DNA of 64,000 bases from an uncultured Bacteroidota bacterium (GTDB lineage: Bacteria > Bacteroidota > Bacteroidia > Bacteroidales > WCHB1-69): the NCBI GenBank assembly GCA_902774175.1, contig CACYHG010000003.1, positions 7,730 to 71,729 of the forward strand. The letters are read 5' to 3'. The translations under genes and the position numbers were made by a program. The notes beneath the pieces were generated by a model. That model saw only the letters and a program-made list of their open reading frames with translations. It ran no database searches and was not told the origin of the DNA. This document shows, piece by piece, positions 8,497 to 18,083 of the stretch (positions are counted from its first letter, which is position 1; each line of letters begins with the position of its first letter).

Positions 8497-11400
8497 CTAC
8501 TTTACGTTGGCTTTCAGCGATTGCGTGATCATCTGCTTGAGCTTCATGGTCTCCTGCTCTACAACATTTCGTTTTTCAGGCTTGAACAAGGTGGCGTACT
8601 GCGGCTTCTCAAGCTTGTACTTCATCTTGTCGGGGGAACCGTATACATTCAGCCCCAGACGTGCAGGCAGCGGGCTCTCCACCAGTGAGAGGTGGCAGTC
8701 GTAATTCTGGTTGATCACATAGTGTCCCGCAACAATGGCCTGGTACTTGTCCATCGACACCAGGAATGGATAGAGGTCCACATTCTTCTGGAAGACCGTC
8801 ATCTCCACAGATATGCTGTCCACCTTGTTTTCGGTCTGCTTCTTGAACCTCAGATATTTGGCGATGGTTGAGAAGGTCTCGTTGTCCAGCACCACCAGAT
8901 CCTGCCCGCTTATGGAGGCGGCTGCACGCAAGGTGGAATACTTGATGTCGTAATTGGCGTTCAGGTTGGTCTGTGCGGCAAAATGGAACTCCGCCCTGCC
9001 GGCGAAACTCTTCAGCATCGGGACAATTGTGTCGATGTCGGGAATCATCTCAATCAGGTCCGCAATCTGGATATCCATCAGATGGAAGTCCACATAGGCG
9101 AACAGGTGGTTCATCCGCGGGGACTTGTAGATGGCGGTCAGCTGCATCCGTGCAGCATCGCAGGTGAAGCCCATCTCCTCCAGCACCAGCACGCCGTCCT
9201 TTACAGTCACCGTACCGCCCAAATCCTCCACAATGGTCTCACCGACCAGCAGTTTGGTGGCATTGGTGTTCAGCGTGACATCCATGCCGAGCGGCACCAT
9301 GAAAGGCATCGCTTCCGACGGGTCAGGCTCTGGTTCAGGCTCCGCAAGGGAATCCGCACCGAGGTTCATACCGCTGAAGAAATCCATCAGATAGTTTACA
9401 TCTATATAATCCGAAACCAAATCCAGATCGGCCTTCAGCATCGCCTCGTCATTCAGGAATTCGGACAGATGCAGCACCTTCCCCGACAGGTTAAGCTCCG
9501 TTTCACCCAATCCGAACCGCCCGGATTTCAAATCCAGTGTCGAAGGGGTAAGGGCGAATGAAACCTCCGGAATTGAGACCTCATCCTTGAACATATCCAT
9601 GCCGACTGTCGCCTTGCTTAGCCTGAAGTTCAGATGTGGGCTCCACTGCTCCAGCAGGTTGCCCGGCGTGGAGTCATACACCGCGTTGCCGGACACGGAC
9701 ATGCCCTGCGTCACAGTCTTCAGGAAAGAACCCATCCGTACAGCCATGGCTGTCTGCGAGTAGTCGACCGTAAAGGCCGGACTGGAGGCATCCTTCTTGG
9801 AAGGGGTCATTGTGACGTGGCCCTTCGGATGGCTTATGCCGGCATCCAGCGTGTCCATCACGGCATGAAGCGATGAGATGTCGAAATCACAGGCAAGCGA
9901 GAGCAGTTTGGTCGTATCCATGAAATCGGACAGACCCACCAGCAGGTCGGGATTGTCCAGACTGGCATTCATACCGTTGGACATGGAGACTTTAAGACCG
10001 CCTCCTGTCACCTTAGCCTGCATCAGCTCATTGAATTTCTTATTTGTCTTTTGGTTTGGTGAGGGCAACTGTATTCCGAGCGTCAGCGCGTCCGAACGGA
10101 GCTGAAGGCTGTCGTAGTCCGCATCTAACGACTTGAACGCCAGCGTACCCTTCGCCTGCATCCGCTGCAGTGCCACCTGCTGCAGATCATCCAAGTTGAA
10201 TTTCACCTTCATGTTAGGCTGCATGGTGCCGCGCATAGTGAGTGGCAGCGAATCAGGCAAAAACGGCTCCACATCCGGCAGGTTCACCTTGCCGGTCAGC
10301 AGCAGGTCACAACAGAGCTTGTCTAACAAATCGGTGATTTTTCCCTGCAGCTGGACTTTGCTTTTCCCGGTCTCAGCCGCAAAATTGTGCACCTCCACAT
10401 TGGAGCGGGACTGCCTGTTCAGATCAAGCAAAGCACGGGCATCCAGCACGATATTTTTCACAGGATTTGGCAGAAGCTCCTGATCCTCAAATTTTCCCTG
10501 TTTTAACAGGAGATTGGCGGCAACCTCAGGCATGAGCGAATCCGCATAGACACCCTTCACCGTACCGTCCAGCGTCAGGAATCCGTCGACGCGCATCCCT
10601 TCCAAAACTCCGGGGGCGAACCGCTCCACCCAGGGGAGCAGTTCCGGCACCTCCACGGTCCGCAGCGCAAAATCCACGGCACAGTCGAAAGAGGAGAAGG
10701 AGGTGTCCTCCGCCTGCACGCTTCCGTCCAAGGTCAGCAGCAGGTTGTCCAGCCCCACCTCCGCCTTGTCCAGCTGGAGCCTGCGCTGCCCCATGTCATA
10801 TTTGACAGGAATCATTATATCCAGAGCCGCGCTGTCAGCATAACGGAGCGAATCCATCGCAAACGTCAGCGCAGGCACGGTCAGCTGCACCACACCATCC
10901 GCCGCATTCTCCTTCATCTCACCCTTGAACCGCAGCCGCACATCTCCCAACGCGGCATCCATCCGCGAGGAATCAGCCAGATGGAACATTATCCGCCCGA
11001 TGTCGGCCTTCAGCTGCCCGTCAAAGCTCTCCTCAGAAAGCTCGGCATCGGCACGTGTGTTGAAATCGTCCAGATGCAGATTCATGTGCGAAGCCTCATC
11101 CACGTATGTGACATTCAGATGCTCCAAATTCAGCTTTTTTGCGCTTATCCATTCGAACGGGAACTCGGAAGCGGTGGTGTCCAGAGTGTCGGAAGGTGCC
11201 AGCACATCAAAATTCTGGCGGCCCTCCGCATCGGTATAAAGCAGGGCATCACCGTTTTTCAGATGCAGGCTCTTCACCTCCAGCACATCCTCCTTCAGCA
11301 GTTTGCGTATGTTCACCGCCGCATCGAGCCGCTCCACGCGAAGCAGGGTGTCCGAGGGTGCGCCCTTCATCGGATTCAGCAGCAGCACATCGTCCACCCG

Positions 11401-11610
11401 AAGCGAAACCTTGGGGAATGTGGAGAAAAAGGTCAATTCGACCGAACCTATTTTTGTCGGGCAGGTTACAAACGAGGCCGCCGCCTTGTTTACAATCGGG
11501 GTCAGCCGCTTGGGAGTCAGCACCACCCAAACCAGCACAGCGGCCGCCAACAGCACGAGCCCTATCAGCGACCCTAAGGAAATCAGCGTGATTTTTACAG
11601 GTTTCTTCAT
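8497..11610 (-). CDS. AsmA/TamB-like envelope protein (N-terminal anchor, long beta-rich body)
   Basis: 1037 aa, single N-terminal TM (LISLGSLIGLVLLAAAVLVWVVL), low-complexity beta-rich repeats. Size and architecture fit the AsmA family. Confidence 0.75.
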   Translation of the reverse strand: MKKPVKITLISLGSLIGLVLLAAAVLVWVVLTPKRLTPIVNKAAASFVTCPTKIGSVELTFFSTFPKVSLRVDDVLLLNPMKGAPSDTLLRVERLDAAVNIRKLLKEDVLEVKSLHLKNGDALLYTDAEGRQNFDVLAPSDTLDTTASEFPFEWISAKKLNLEHLNVTYVDEASHMNLHLDDFNTRADAELSEESFDGQLKADIGRIMFHLADSSRMDAALGDVRLRFKGEMKENAADGVVQLTVPALTFAMDSLRYADSAALDIMIPVKYDMGQRRLQLDKAEVGLDNLLLTLDGSVQAEDTSFSSFDCAVDFALRTVEVPELLPWVERFAPGVLEGMRVDGFLTLDGTVKGVYADSLMPEVAANLLLKQGKFEDQELLPNPVKNIVLDARALLDLNRQSRSNVEVHNFAAETGKSKVQLQGKITDLLDKLCCDLLLTGKVNLPDVEPFLPDSLPLTMRGTMQPNMKVKFNLDDLQQVALQRMQAKGTLAFKSLDADYDSLQLRSDALTLGIQLPSPNQKTNKKFNELMQAKVTGGGLKVSMSNGMNASLDNPDLLVGLSDFMDTTKLLSLACDFDISSLHAVMDTLDAGISHPKGHVTMTPSKKDASSPAFTVDYSQTAMAVRMGSFLKTVTQGMSVSGNAVYDSTPGNLLEQWSPHLNFRLSKATVGMDMFKDEVSIPEVSFALTPSTLDLKSGRFGLGETELNLSGKVLHLSEFLNDEAMLKADLDLVSDYIDVNYLMDFFSGMNLGADSLAEPEPEPDPSEAMPFMVPLGMDVTLNTNATKLLVGETIVEDLGGTVTVKDGVLVLEEMGFTCDAARMQLTAIYKSPRMNHLFAYVDFHLMDIQIADLIEMIPDIDTIVPMLKSFAGRAEFHFAAQTNLNANYDIKYSTLRAAASISGQDLVVLDNETFSTIAKYLRFKKQTENKVDSISVEMTVFQKNVDLYPFLVSMDKYQAIVAGHYVINQNYDCHLSLVESPLPARLGLNVYGSPDKMKYKLEKPQYATLFKPEKRNVVEQETMKLKQMITQSLKANVK

Positions 11611-11617
11611 GATGCCG

Positions 11618-11977
11618 TCAGTTTACCTTAATATATTTGTGTTCCGTGCCGACATTGTCATGGTAGGCCAGCTCCGATTCGGAGAGTTTTGTCAGAGTAT
11701 AGGCCTGAGGCACCACCTGTCCGCCCTCCATGGTGTGGTAGTGTATCAGCCTGTCCTCCGAAAGCGACCATGTGAAGGGTAGAGCCTCCTCCTCCTCCAC
11801 ATCCTCACCCGGATTCCATGTGGCGCCGGTATGCCCTTCGTCATACCGGTAGTATTCCGTGCCTTCAACCCACCTTCCCAACAGCAGGTTTTCGTCAAAC
11901 ACAGGGTCTTCCTTGCAGCATGTCAGCAGAACTGACAGCGAAAAACAGGCAAGCGCCCCTAAAATAACTCTCTTCAT
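11618..11977 (-). CDS. lipocalin-like lipoprotein
   Basis: Lipobox (SVLLTCC). LLGRWVE..., a small beta-barrel-type sequence. Confidence 0.7.
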   Translation of the reverse strand: MKRVILGALACFSLSVLLTCCKEDPVFDENLLLGRWVEGTEYYRYDEGHTGATWNPGEDVEEEEALPFTWSLSEDRLIHYHTMEGGQVVPQAYTLTKLSESELAYHDNVGTEHKYIKVN

Positions 11978-11991
11978 TATAATATTTGTTG

Positions 11992-12660
11992 TTAATTGTT
12001 CTCTTCGCTCCGTACAAAACGGTCATTTTCATAAAACTCCGTGCGGTATTCCCGGCCATCCACGTCAAAAAAGGACTCCGGCCCCTCCTTCACACTGCCG
12101 GCATAGGTCACGCGGCGGCGGACACGGTTCATGTCATCAAAATATTCCAACACCCCGTCCCCTTTCACAAAACGCCCCTTCCCGATGACAAAACCCTGTT
12201 CGTCATAATAGGTCCACTCACCATCGAACTGGTCATCCAGGAAAGCGCCCTCAATCTTTTTCTGCTCACCGTCATGATAGCACAGATATTGTCCGTTTTT
12301 CACGCCCATCCTGTACAACAACCGTTCCGAAAGCCAGCCCTGCTCGTCATACTGCAGGTATTCGCCGTCCAGAGTGTCGCGGCAATAGCTGCACCTGACC
12401 TCCGGCTTCCCGTTGCGGTAATAGCGCACGCAAGGCCCCTGGAGTCTTCCCTTCACATATTCCACCTCCATCCTGATGGAGCCGTTTTCGTAATACCAAA
12501 CCGCCTTTCCGTCCATTTTTCCACCCCAAAATGAAACTTCAGACTCTATGCCCCCGCTCGGATAATAGGTTTTCTCCACATGGGAACATGACATAAATAT
12601 CAATGATACAATGCCTAAAATAAGCACTGAATTTTTTTTCACAAAAAGTCTGTTTCGCAT
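11992..12660 (-). CDS. MORN-variant repeat (YwqK-like) lipoprotein
   Basis: Lipobox (LIFMSC). Repeated G-x-G-x-W-x-Y-Y-x-N-G units (DGKAVWYYENG, QGPCVRYYRNG, DGEWTYYDEQG). Confidence 0.8.
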   Translation of the reverse strand: MRNRLFVKKNSVLILGIVSLIFMSCSHVEKTYYPSGGIESEVSFWGGKMDGKAVWYYENGSIRMEVEYVKGRLQGPCVRYYRNGKPEVRCSYCRDTLDGEYLQYDEQGWLSERLLYRMGVKNGQYLCYHDGEQKKIEGAFLDDQFDGEWTYYDEQGFVIGKGRFVKGDGVLEYFDDMNRVRRRVTYAGSVKEGPESFFDVDGREYRTEFYENDRFVRSEENN

Positions 12661-12672
12661 TGCGATTTGTTA

Positions 12673-12680
12673 TACTTTTG
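12673..12680 (+). promoter_or_regulatory. Bacteroidetes -7 promoter box TACTTTTG for tRNA-Lys
   Basis: TTTGTTATACTTTTGCA, ending 8 nt before the tRNA 5' end. The same TACTTTTGCA box precedes all four tRNAs in the window. Confidence 0.55.
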
Positions 12681-12688
12681 CAATTGCT

Positions 12689-12761
12689 GTCTCAGTAGCT
12701 CAGTTGGTAGAGCAATTGACTCTTAATCAATGGGTCCAGGGTTCGAGTCCCTGCTGGGACA
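12689..12761 (+). tRNA. tRNA-Lys (anticodon CTT)
   Basis: Hand-folded cloverleaf. Acceptor GTCTCAG/CTGGGAC, D arm GCTC..GAGC, anticodon stem ATTGA/TCAAT with loop CTCTTAA, T arm CAGGG-TTCGAGT-CCCTG. 73 nt. Confidence 0.93.
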
Positions 12762-12765
12762 CTCC

Positions 12766-12800
12766 AACCGTTTGCAGTATTGCTGCAAACGGTTTTTCAT
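12766..12800 (+). terminator. rho-independent terminator after tRNA-Lys
   Basis: 12-bp stem AACCGTTTGCAG/CTGCAAACGGTT, 5-nt loop, then TTTCATTTTT. Confidence 0.6.
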
Positions 12801-14479
12801 TTTTGTCCGTCCGCATCCTCATGGCTGATAAGGATCACAAGCCGGTCCCTGCACAATTCCGGCAAATGTTTCCTAAAATTGGCGCGGCCCTCGGCGTCCA
12901 TCCATGAATTTGGTTCGTCAAGCACCAGAATGGGAGCCTTCTTGTATAAGGCACGTGCAAGGGCGACACGCTGCCACTGCCCCATACTCAGCTCCTCTCC
13001 GCCTTCAAACAGTTTCCCCAACAACGTTTTTTCCCCGTGTGTGAGCTTTGCGATAACCTCATCCGCACCGGAGGCGGAGAGAGCATCGGCAAAACAATTC
13101 AAATCATCCGTCGACCGCCTGCCCATTTTCACATTCTCCTCCGCCGTAAAGGCGTAACCGACAAAATCCTGGAAAATCACGGCGATGTTGTCCCGCAATT
13201 CCTTCATGTCAAACTGACGGATATCCGTGCCGTCGATGGTGATGGAGCCCTCCTTGGCATCATACAGCCTGCACAGCAGCTTCACCAGCGTGGTCTTCCC
13301 CATGCCGTTGGCACCGCTAATCCTGTTAATCCGGTTGGGTTCAAAGAAATAATCCGCCCTGTCCAGCACATTCGCTTCAGCGCCTGGATAGCTGAAACTG
13401 ACATTGTTAAACCGGATGCCATCCCTGATTTTAGCCGGGAACGGCAACGGATTCTGCGGGGACTGTATGCGATGCTCCAATTCCAGGAACTGGAACAGGT
13501 TGGAGAGGAAGAGATGGTTCTCATAAATGCCGGAAACCGCCTTGACAAGCGACTGCATGGCGGAACCGCCCTTCCGGAAGGCCTGGAAATACATCACAAA
13601 GCCGCCGACCGTCAGCAGGCCGGCCAGCGTGTTTCGGAACAACAGGTACAGAATCAGCAGCAGAGCCACGACATCCCAACATGCCGTGAAGGCTGCAAGA
13701 ATGGAGGTTTTCCGGGAGATGGCACGGCGCTGGCGGTAAAGACGTTTCCGGATTTCCCAAAAACGCGCCTGCACAAATCCGTAAATACCATAGCTGCGCA
13801 CCTCCTTGGCAAAATTACGGTTTGTTAACAACGCCGCATGGTAGTTGGCCTCGCGATTGTCCTTGATCCTGCTTTTCCGCCATGCATACAGCACCTTCAC
13901 ACGGCGCATGTGCACCAATATGGCCGGCAGGCCAGCCAGAAGCATCACCGGAACCGTCCATAAAGAGAAGGCGCAAAGGATGCAGACAACCCCGACAAGC
14001 GTAATCAGTTCTGAAACCAGCGAGGTCATCTGGTCCAGCAGAACCAGCGGACGATGCGCGGATTCCTGCTGGGCCATATACATTGCATCATAATATGACG
14101 GGGTGTCGTAATAGGACATGTCCACCTCCGCCGACTGCTTCTGGATCATCCGCTGGATGTTGATGACGGTCTTTTCTCCCAACAGTCCCGAGATATACCC
14201 GTCAAATATGGAGCAAAGCCGGTTTAAGAGGTAAATCAGGCAGAAGGCCGCAATGCAAATCCATACACCCGTGGACAATCCCCCATGCGGAAGACGGACA
14301 AGCTGCTCCACAGCATCCACCAGATACTTGACAGCATAAAGCAATGCAAGCGGCAGCAGGCTGGTGCACAGCATCATCAGTACATGCAACAGGAGCAGTC
14401 TCCGGTCACTGCGAACGATGAGACCCAACACTTTCCGCAGATTGCGGAACAAACTTTTCAAACCTTCTTTTTGGGGCAT
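12797..14479 (-). CDS. ABC transporter, fused permease/ATP-binding protein (MsbA-like exporter)
   Basis: Six-TM N-terminal half. Walker A GANGMGKTT, signature LSMGQWQRV, Walker B ILVLDEP. Confidence 0.92.
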   Translation of the reverse strand: MPQKEGLKSLFRNLRKVLGLIVRSDRRLLLLHVLMMLCTSLLPLALLYAVKYLVDAVEQLVRLPHGGLSTGVWICIAAFCLIYLLNRLCSIFDGYISGLLGEKTVINIQRMIQKQSAEVDMSYYDTPSYYDAMYMAQQESAHRPLVLLDQMTSLVSELITLVGVVCILCAFSLWTVPVMLLAGLPAILVHMRRVKVLYAWRKSRIKDNREANYHAALLTNRNFAKEVRSYGIYGFVQARFWEIRKRLYRQRRAISRKTSILAAFTACWDVVALLLILYLLFRNTLAGLLTVGGFVMYFQAFRKGGSAMQSLVKAVSGIYENHLFLSNLFQFLELEHRIQSPQNPLPFPAKIRDGIRFNNVSFSYPGAEANVLDRADYFFEPNRINRISGANGMGKTTLVKLLCRLYDAKEGSITIDGTDIRQFDMKELRDNIAVIFQDFVGYAFTAEENVKMGRRSTDDLNCFADALSASGADEVIAKLTHGEKTLLGKLFEGGEELSMGQWQRVALARALYKKAPILVLDEPNSWMDAEGRANFRKHLPELCRDRLVILISHEDADGQK

Positions 14480-14525
14480 GAAAAATTTTTTTTCAAATTA
14501 ACGCGCAGCGTATTTATTTTTGTTG

Positions 14526-14533
14526 TACTTTTG
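14526..14533 (+). promoter_or_regulatory. -7 promoter box TACTTTTG for tRNA-Glu
   Basis: TTTGTTGTACTTTTGCA, 14 nt upstream of the tRNA. Confidence 0.5.
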
Positions 14534-14547
14534 CAGCCGATTTCAAT

Positions 14548-14621
14548 GCCACATTCGTCTAGTGGTCTAGGATATCAGATTCTCATTCTGAGGACCGCGG
14601 GTTCGAATCCCGCATGTGGTA
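14548..14621 (+). tRNA. tRNA-Glu (anticodon CTC)
   Basis: Acceptor GCCACAT/ATGTGGT (one G-T pair), TTCGTCTAGTGGTCTAGGA D region typical of tRNA-Glu, anticodon stem TCAGA/TCTGA with loop TTCTCAT, T arm GCGGG-TTCGAAT-CCCGC. Confidence 0.9.
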
Positions 14622-15533
14622 CGTAGCCGGGAATTCCCCCGGCTTTTTTTGTGCGATGCAGACACCCGCAACCGTCACAACCATGCCGGCAACTTTCTGC
14701 CAGGTGATGGCCTCCTGACCTATCATTACTGCGAAAAAGAGTGTGAACAGGGGGATGATATTATTGAAAACGCTGGCTCTGGCCGCTCCGACCGCACGCA
14801 CTCCGAAATTGAAAAGCACATAGGCAAGCACCGAGCAGCCTATGCCGAGGCATATCAGTGCGCCCCACATGCCGGCAGTAACCCGCAACTGCACCAGCGT
14901 TGAAAAATGCCCGCAAAACAAAAAGAGGGGCAGAAAAAGGAAAAGTCCGAACAGATTTGTATACAATGTCAGGGTGTAAGGGCGGTACTTATTCACCATC
15001 TTGACCAATATAACACTGTATATCACTGCAGTAATAACCGCACAAACCAGATAAAGGATACCTTGTAACGAAACCTCCGCCCCATCGCCTTTTCCCATAA
15101 TCATCAGCATGACCCCGCCCAACGACAGCAGCAGTCCCGCCCAGTTGAGCCAATGCAGCTTCTCGCGATAGGCCGCATAGAGTCCGAACGGGACAAAAAT
15201 CGGGATTGTGGCGATAATTATTGAGGAGAGCCCTCCAGGCACACGGCGCAACCCATTGTTTTCACAAAGGAAATACAAAAAAGGCTCAAGCAGCGCCAAC
15301 AGGACAAACCAGTGCAGATCCTCCCGCCGGAGACGCTCCACGCGGCCTGTGGCAAGCAGGCACGGCCATAAGAACAGTGCTGCAATCACAAGGCGCATGG
15401 AGACAACCATCACCGGTGTCAGTGCAGGCTCCGCCAGAAAAAGGTATCGAGTGAAGACAAAGGATGAACCCCAGAGCGCCGATGTCAGCAACAGGCAGAG
15501 GTACACCCAAAAGGCACTGTGCTTATGCGGCAT
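14583..15533 (-). CDS. EamA/DMT-family transporter
   Basis: About ten predicted TM helices in two EamA-like halves. The last ~13 codons run antisense through the terminator and tRNA-Glu before reaching a stop. Confidence 0.88.
   Translation of the reverse strand: MPHKHSAFWVYLCLLLTSALWGSSFVFTRYLFLAEPALTPVMVVSMRLVIAALFLWPCLLATGRVERLRREDLHWFVLLALLEPFLYFLCENNGLRRVPGGLSSIIIATIPIFVPFGLYAAYREKLHWLNWAGLLLSLGGVMLMIMGKGDGAEVSLQGILYLVCAVITAVIYSVILVKMVNKYRPYTLTLYTNLFGLFLFLPLFLFCGHFSTLVQLRVTAGMWGALICLGIGCSVLAYVLFNFGVRAVGAARASVFNNIIPLFTLFFAVMIGQEAITWQKVAGMVVTVAGVCIAQKKPGEFPATYHMRDSNPRSSE
14625..14651 (+). terminator. rho-independent terminator after tRNA-Glu
   Basis: Stem AGCCGGG/CCCGGCT followed by T7. 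Confidence 0.65.
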
Positions 15534-15536
15534 CTG

Positions 15537-18047
15537 CTACTCGGTGGTATGATGATGGTGGCTGTGTTTCTTTTTCCACGGGAGATACGGACGGATGGCC
15601 CTGTAGGCAGGATACCACCATTTCTTCCTTCTCTCCTTTTCCTCCTCGCTGCCATAGCCATAGCCGTAACCGTAGCCATAACCGTAGCCATAACCATAGC
15701 CGTAACCGTAACCATAGCCATAACCGTAGCCGTAGCCACGCTGCTTTTTCAGTTTGATGGCATTCAGCACTACACCCATCTGCTTGAACATCTTGCGCTT
15801 GTGAATCTTTTCCAGCTCCGAGAGTATGCGCTTGTCCGTCACGCCGGAACGGAGCACAAACACAGCCATGTCGCACAAACGCTTGCAGACCTGTGCATCA
15901 GCAACCTGACCCATAGGCACGGAATCGAGGAACACATAGTCATATCTTTCCTTCAGATAGTCGACCAACTGGTCCAGACGCTGGCTGCCTAAAAGTTCCG
16001 TCGGGTTCGGAGGTATGGCTCCGGAAAAGATATAGTCCAAATTATGCACATCCTTTGAAGGTATGACCAGCTGCTCCACATCGTCCACCTTGTGCGACAG
16101 ATAATGGGTTACACCCGTCTGGTTTTTCGGATAATGCAGTGTACGCGCCAAAGTGCCCTTCCGGATATCCAAGTCGACCAGCACAACCTTTTTTCCGGCA
16201 AAGGCATAACTGGCCGCCAGATTCATGGAAAGAAACGACTTGCCGGCAGACTCCATAAAGGAGGTCATCATCAGCACCTTGCCCTTGTCGGTATCCAGAT
16301 GCAGATATTCGATGTTGGAACGCACCATACGCAACGCCTCCGAGATCGGATCGCGGCTGCTTTCGGTGATCACCAGACGGCGCTCCTTCATCTCCTTGTT
16401 GTAAGGCACCTCGCCAAGGAACGGGACTTCGGTCCTGTCCTCCACATCCCTGCGGTAATGGATGGAGGTGTCGAGCCAATGTATCAGGAAAATCACACCG
16501 ACCGGAATGGCCAGTCCGATCAGCAGACCCATCAGGTACATCTTCTTCTTGTTAGGACTTACCGGAACGGCAGAACCCATAGGCGGCTCCACGATGCGCG
16601 CCAGATCCTCAATCGAGGGCTTGGTCATCAGCAGTTCCTCCCGACGGCTGAGCAGATCGATATACAGGGATTCCTTGATTTTCTGGATACGCTCCACCGA
16701 CATGTAATACCTTTGCTGCATCGGCACCGTCTGCATCTGCCCGCTGACAATGGAGCGGTCGTTCTCCACCTTGCTCACCTGCTGGTTCAGGGACTGTATC
16801 TGACTGACCAATATCGACATGATATTCTCCCTCATGGCGGAGATTGTCAGATACAGGTTCTGCACAAACGGGTTATTGGTGGTTCCGCCTGCCTCGTAAC
16901 GCTGCAGGTCCAAAACCTTCTGGTTATAGGCCTCAATGGCCCTCTCCGTGGCCGGAGAAACGCCCGTATTCAAGGCAATCAGGCTGTTGTCCTTCATGGA
17001 GCGGACCTGTTCAAGCATGTAGCGCGAAGCCACCAGCTCGTTTTCCAAGGAGGTCTTCTCATTGGTATATGACATACGCTGGTCACGGTATTCGGAACCG
17101 AAACTGCCGAAATCCAGCATGTGGTGGTTCACCTTGAAGGAATCGAGCGAGTTTTCAACCCCCTCCAGCTCCTGATCAATGGTCAGCAGACGGTCGTCAA
17201 TGAACTGAGCCGACATCTCTATCACCTTCTGCTTGTCATTGCGGGCACCTTCGTTATACACGTTCAGCAGGGTGGAGAGAATCTCCTCCGCCCGTGTGGG
17301 CAGGACATCGTTCAAGGCGAGCCGTATCAATGTGTTGTCATCCGAAACACGGTTCACCTGGATGGCATTGCAATAATAACTTACAAGATTCTCAATATTG
17401 TAGTGATGCACATATATCTCCTTCTTATAATAGGCCGGGCCGTAGGTGATGGTGGGCGTGATGACCAGCCGTCCGACCGGTGTGCGCAGCACCTTGCCCA
17501 TGGAGACACGGATTGGGGCGGAATTGGAGAAACCCGTCAACTGCACCGTATTTTCATCCAGAGGAATCACCTTGAACTCAAAATCGCTGTACTCATTGGA
17601 TTCCAGTACCTCCACCTTTACAGGAGACTGGGTGTAGAGCTGAGTCTGCCGGTTCATGATGCCAGTCAGATAGTAATATCCCGTCTCCAACCCCAACCTG
17701 TGGATCATCTCCGCAATGATCGGTCGGGACTTCAGGATTATTATCTCATTGTTCAGGTCGGTGTTGACCATGCCCATACGGCTGGTGTAACGGGATGAGG
17801 CATATTGGAAATCACGCCCGTATTGCGTGGAGCTGCTGGAGTTCAGCCGCAGCACCACCACCGTGGAGCGGGAATAGACCGGAACCGCCTTGTGCACCCT
17901 GTATACAGCGACTGTCATGCAGACCAAAACTGAAAGCACAAACCAATGGATGTTGCGCAGAAATATCGCCACAGCATCCTTCAACCCGAAGGAATTATCC
18001 TGCTCCTCCTTGAAGGTTAGTTCGTTATTGTTCTGAAAATCTTCCAT
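15537..18047 (-). CDS. wzc: polysaccharide co-polymerase / tyrosine autokinase (Wzc, PCP-2a type) with (GY)14 tail
   Basis: Wzz-like N-terminus with TM, long coiled periplasmic region, second TM, P-loop kinase (SFMESAGKSFLSMNLA, VVLVDLDIRKG, DYVFLDSVP), C-terminal Tyr cluster. Confidence 0.9.
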   Translation of the reverse strand: MEDFQNNNELTFKEEQDNSFGLKDAVAIFLRNIHWFVLSVLVCMTVAVYRVHKAVPVYSRSTVVVLRLNSSSSTQYGRDFQYASSRYTSRMGMVNTDLNNEIIILKSRPIIAEMIHRLGLETGYYYLTGIMNRQTQLYTQSPVKVEVLESNEYSDFEFKVIPLDENTVQLTGFSNSAPIRVSMGKVLRTPVGRLVITPTITYGPAYYKKEIYVHHYNIENLVSYYCNAIQVNRVSDDNTLIRLALNDVLPTRAEEILSTLLNVYNEGARNDKQKVIEMSAQFIDDRLLTIDQELEGVENSLDSFKVNHHMLDFGSFGSEYRDQRMSYTNEKTSLENELVASRYMLEQVRSMKDNSLIALNTGVSPATERAIEAYNQKVLDLQRYEAGGTTNNPFVQNLYLTISAMRENIMSILVSQIQSLNQQVSKVENDRSIVSGQMQTVPMQQRYYMSVERIQKIKESLYIDLLSRREELLMTKPSIEDLARIVEPPMGSAVPVSPNKKKMYLMGLLIGLAIPVGVIFLIHWLDTSIHYRRDVEDRTEVPFLGEVPYNKEMKERRLVITESSRDPISEALRMVRSNIEYLHLDTDKGKVLMMTSFMESAGKSFLSMNLAASYAFAGKKVVLVDLDIRKGTLARTLHYPKNQTGVTHYLSHKVDDVEQLVIPSKDVHNLDYIFSGAIPPNPTELLGSQRLDQLVDYLKERYDYVFLDSVPMGQVADAQVCKRLCDMAVFVLRSGVTDKRILSELEKIHKRKMFKQMGVVLNAIKLKKQRGYGYGYGYGYGYGYGYGYGYGYGYGYGYGSEEEKERRKKWWYPAYRAIRPYLPWKKKHSHHHHTTE
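15651..15737. repeat. coding hexanucleotide repeat encoding (Gly-Tyr)x14
   Basis: 29 consecutive alternating GGY/TAY codons read on the minus strand. Synonymous variants are mixed (GGC/GGT, TAC/TAT). Confidence 0.95.
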
Positions 18048-18083
18048 ATATTAATTATTTTCAACCATTTACAAATTTAAAAA

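Noticed and set aside
8078-8704. 208-aa plus-strand ORF bridging the PhoH-like and AsmA-like genes
   Set aside because: Ser/Arg-rich shadow frame crossing a gene boundary on the opposite strand.
11992-12660. YwqK-like 'antitoxin' annotation suggesting a toxin-antitoxin pair
   Set aside because: The protein is a lipobox lipoprotein made of MORN-variant repeats with no adjacent toxin candidate, so the antitoxin label is a family-name artefact.
15485-15992. Several overlapping ORFs on both strands with repetitive AIAVTV / WLRLRL peptides, and the possibility that the periodic DNA is a CRISPR-like or minisatellite array
   Set aside because: They are alternative-frame readings of the 6-bp (GY)14 coding repeat at the end of wzc. 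The period is far too short, there are no spacers, and it lies entirely within a CDS.
16092-17798. 326-aa and 225-aa plus-strand ORFs inside wzc
   Set aside because: Antisense shadow ORFs. The Wzc frame has TM, coiled-coil and P-loop motifs throughout.
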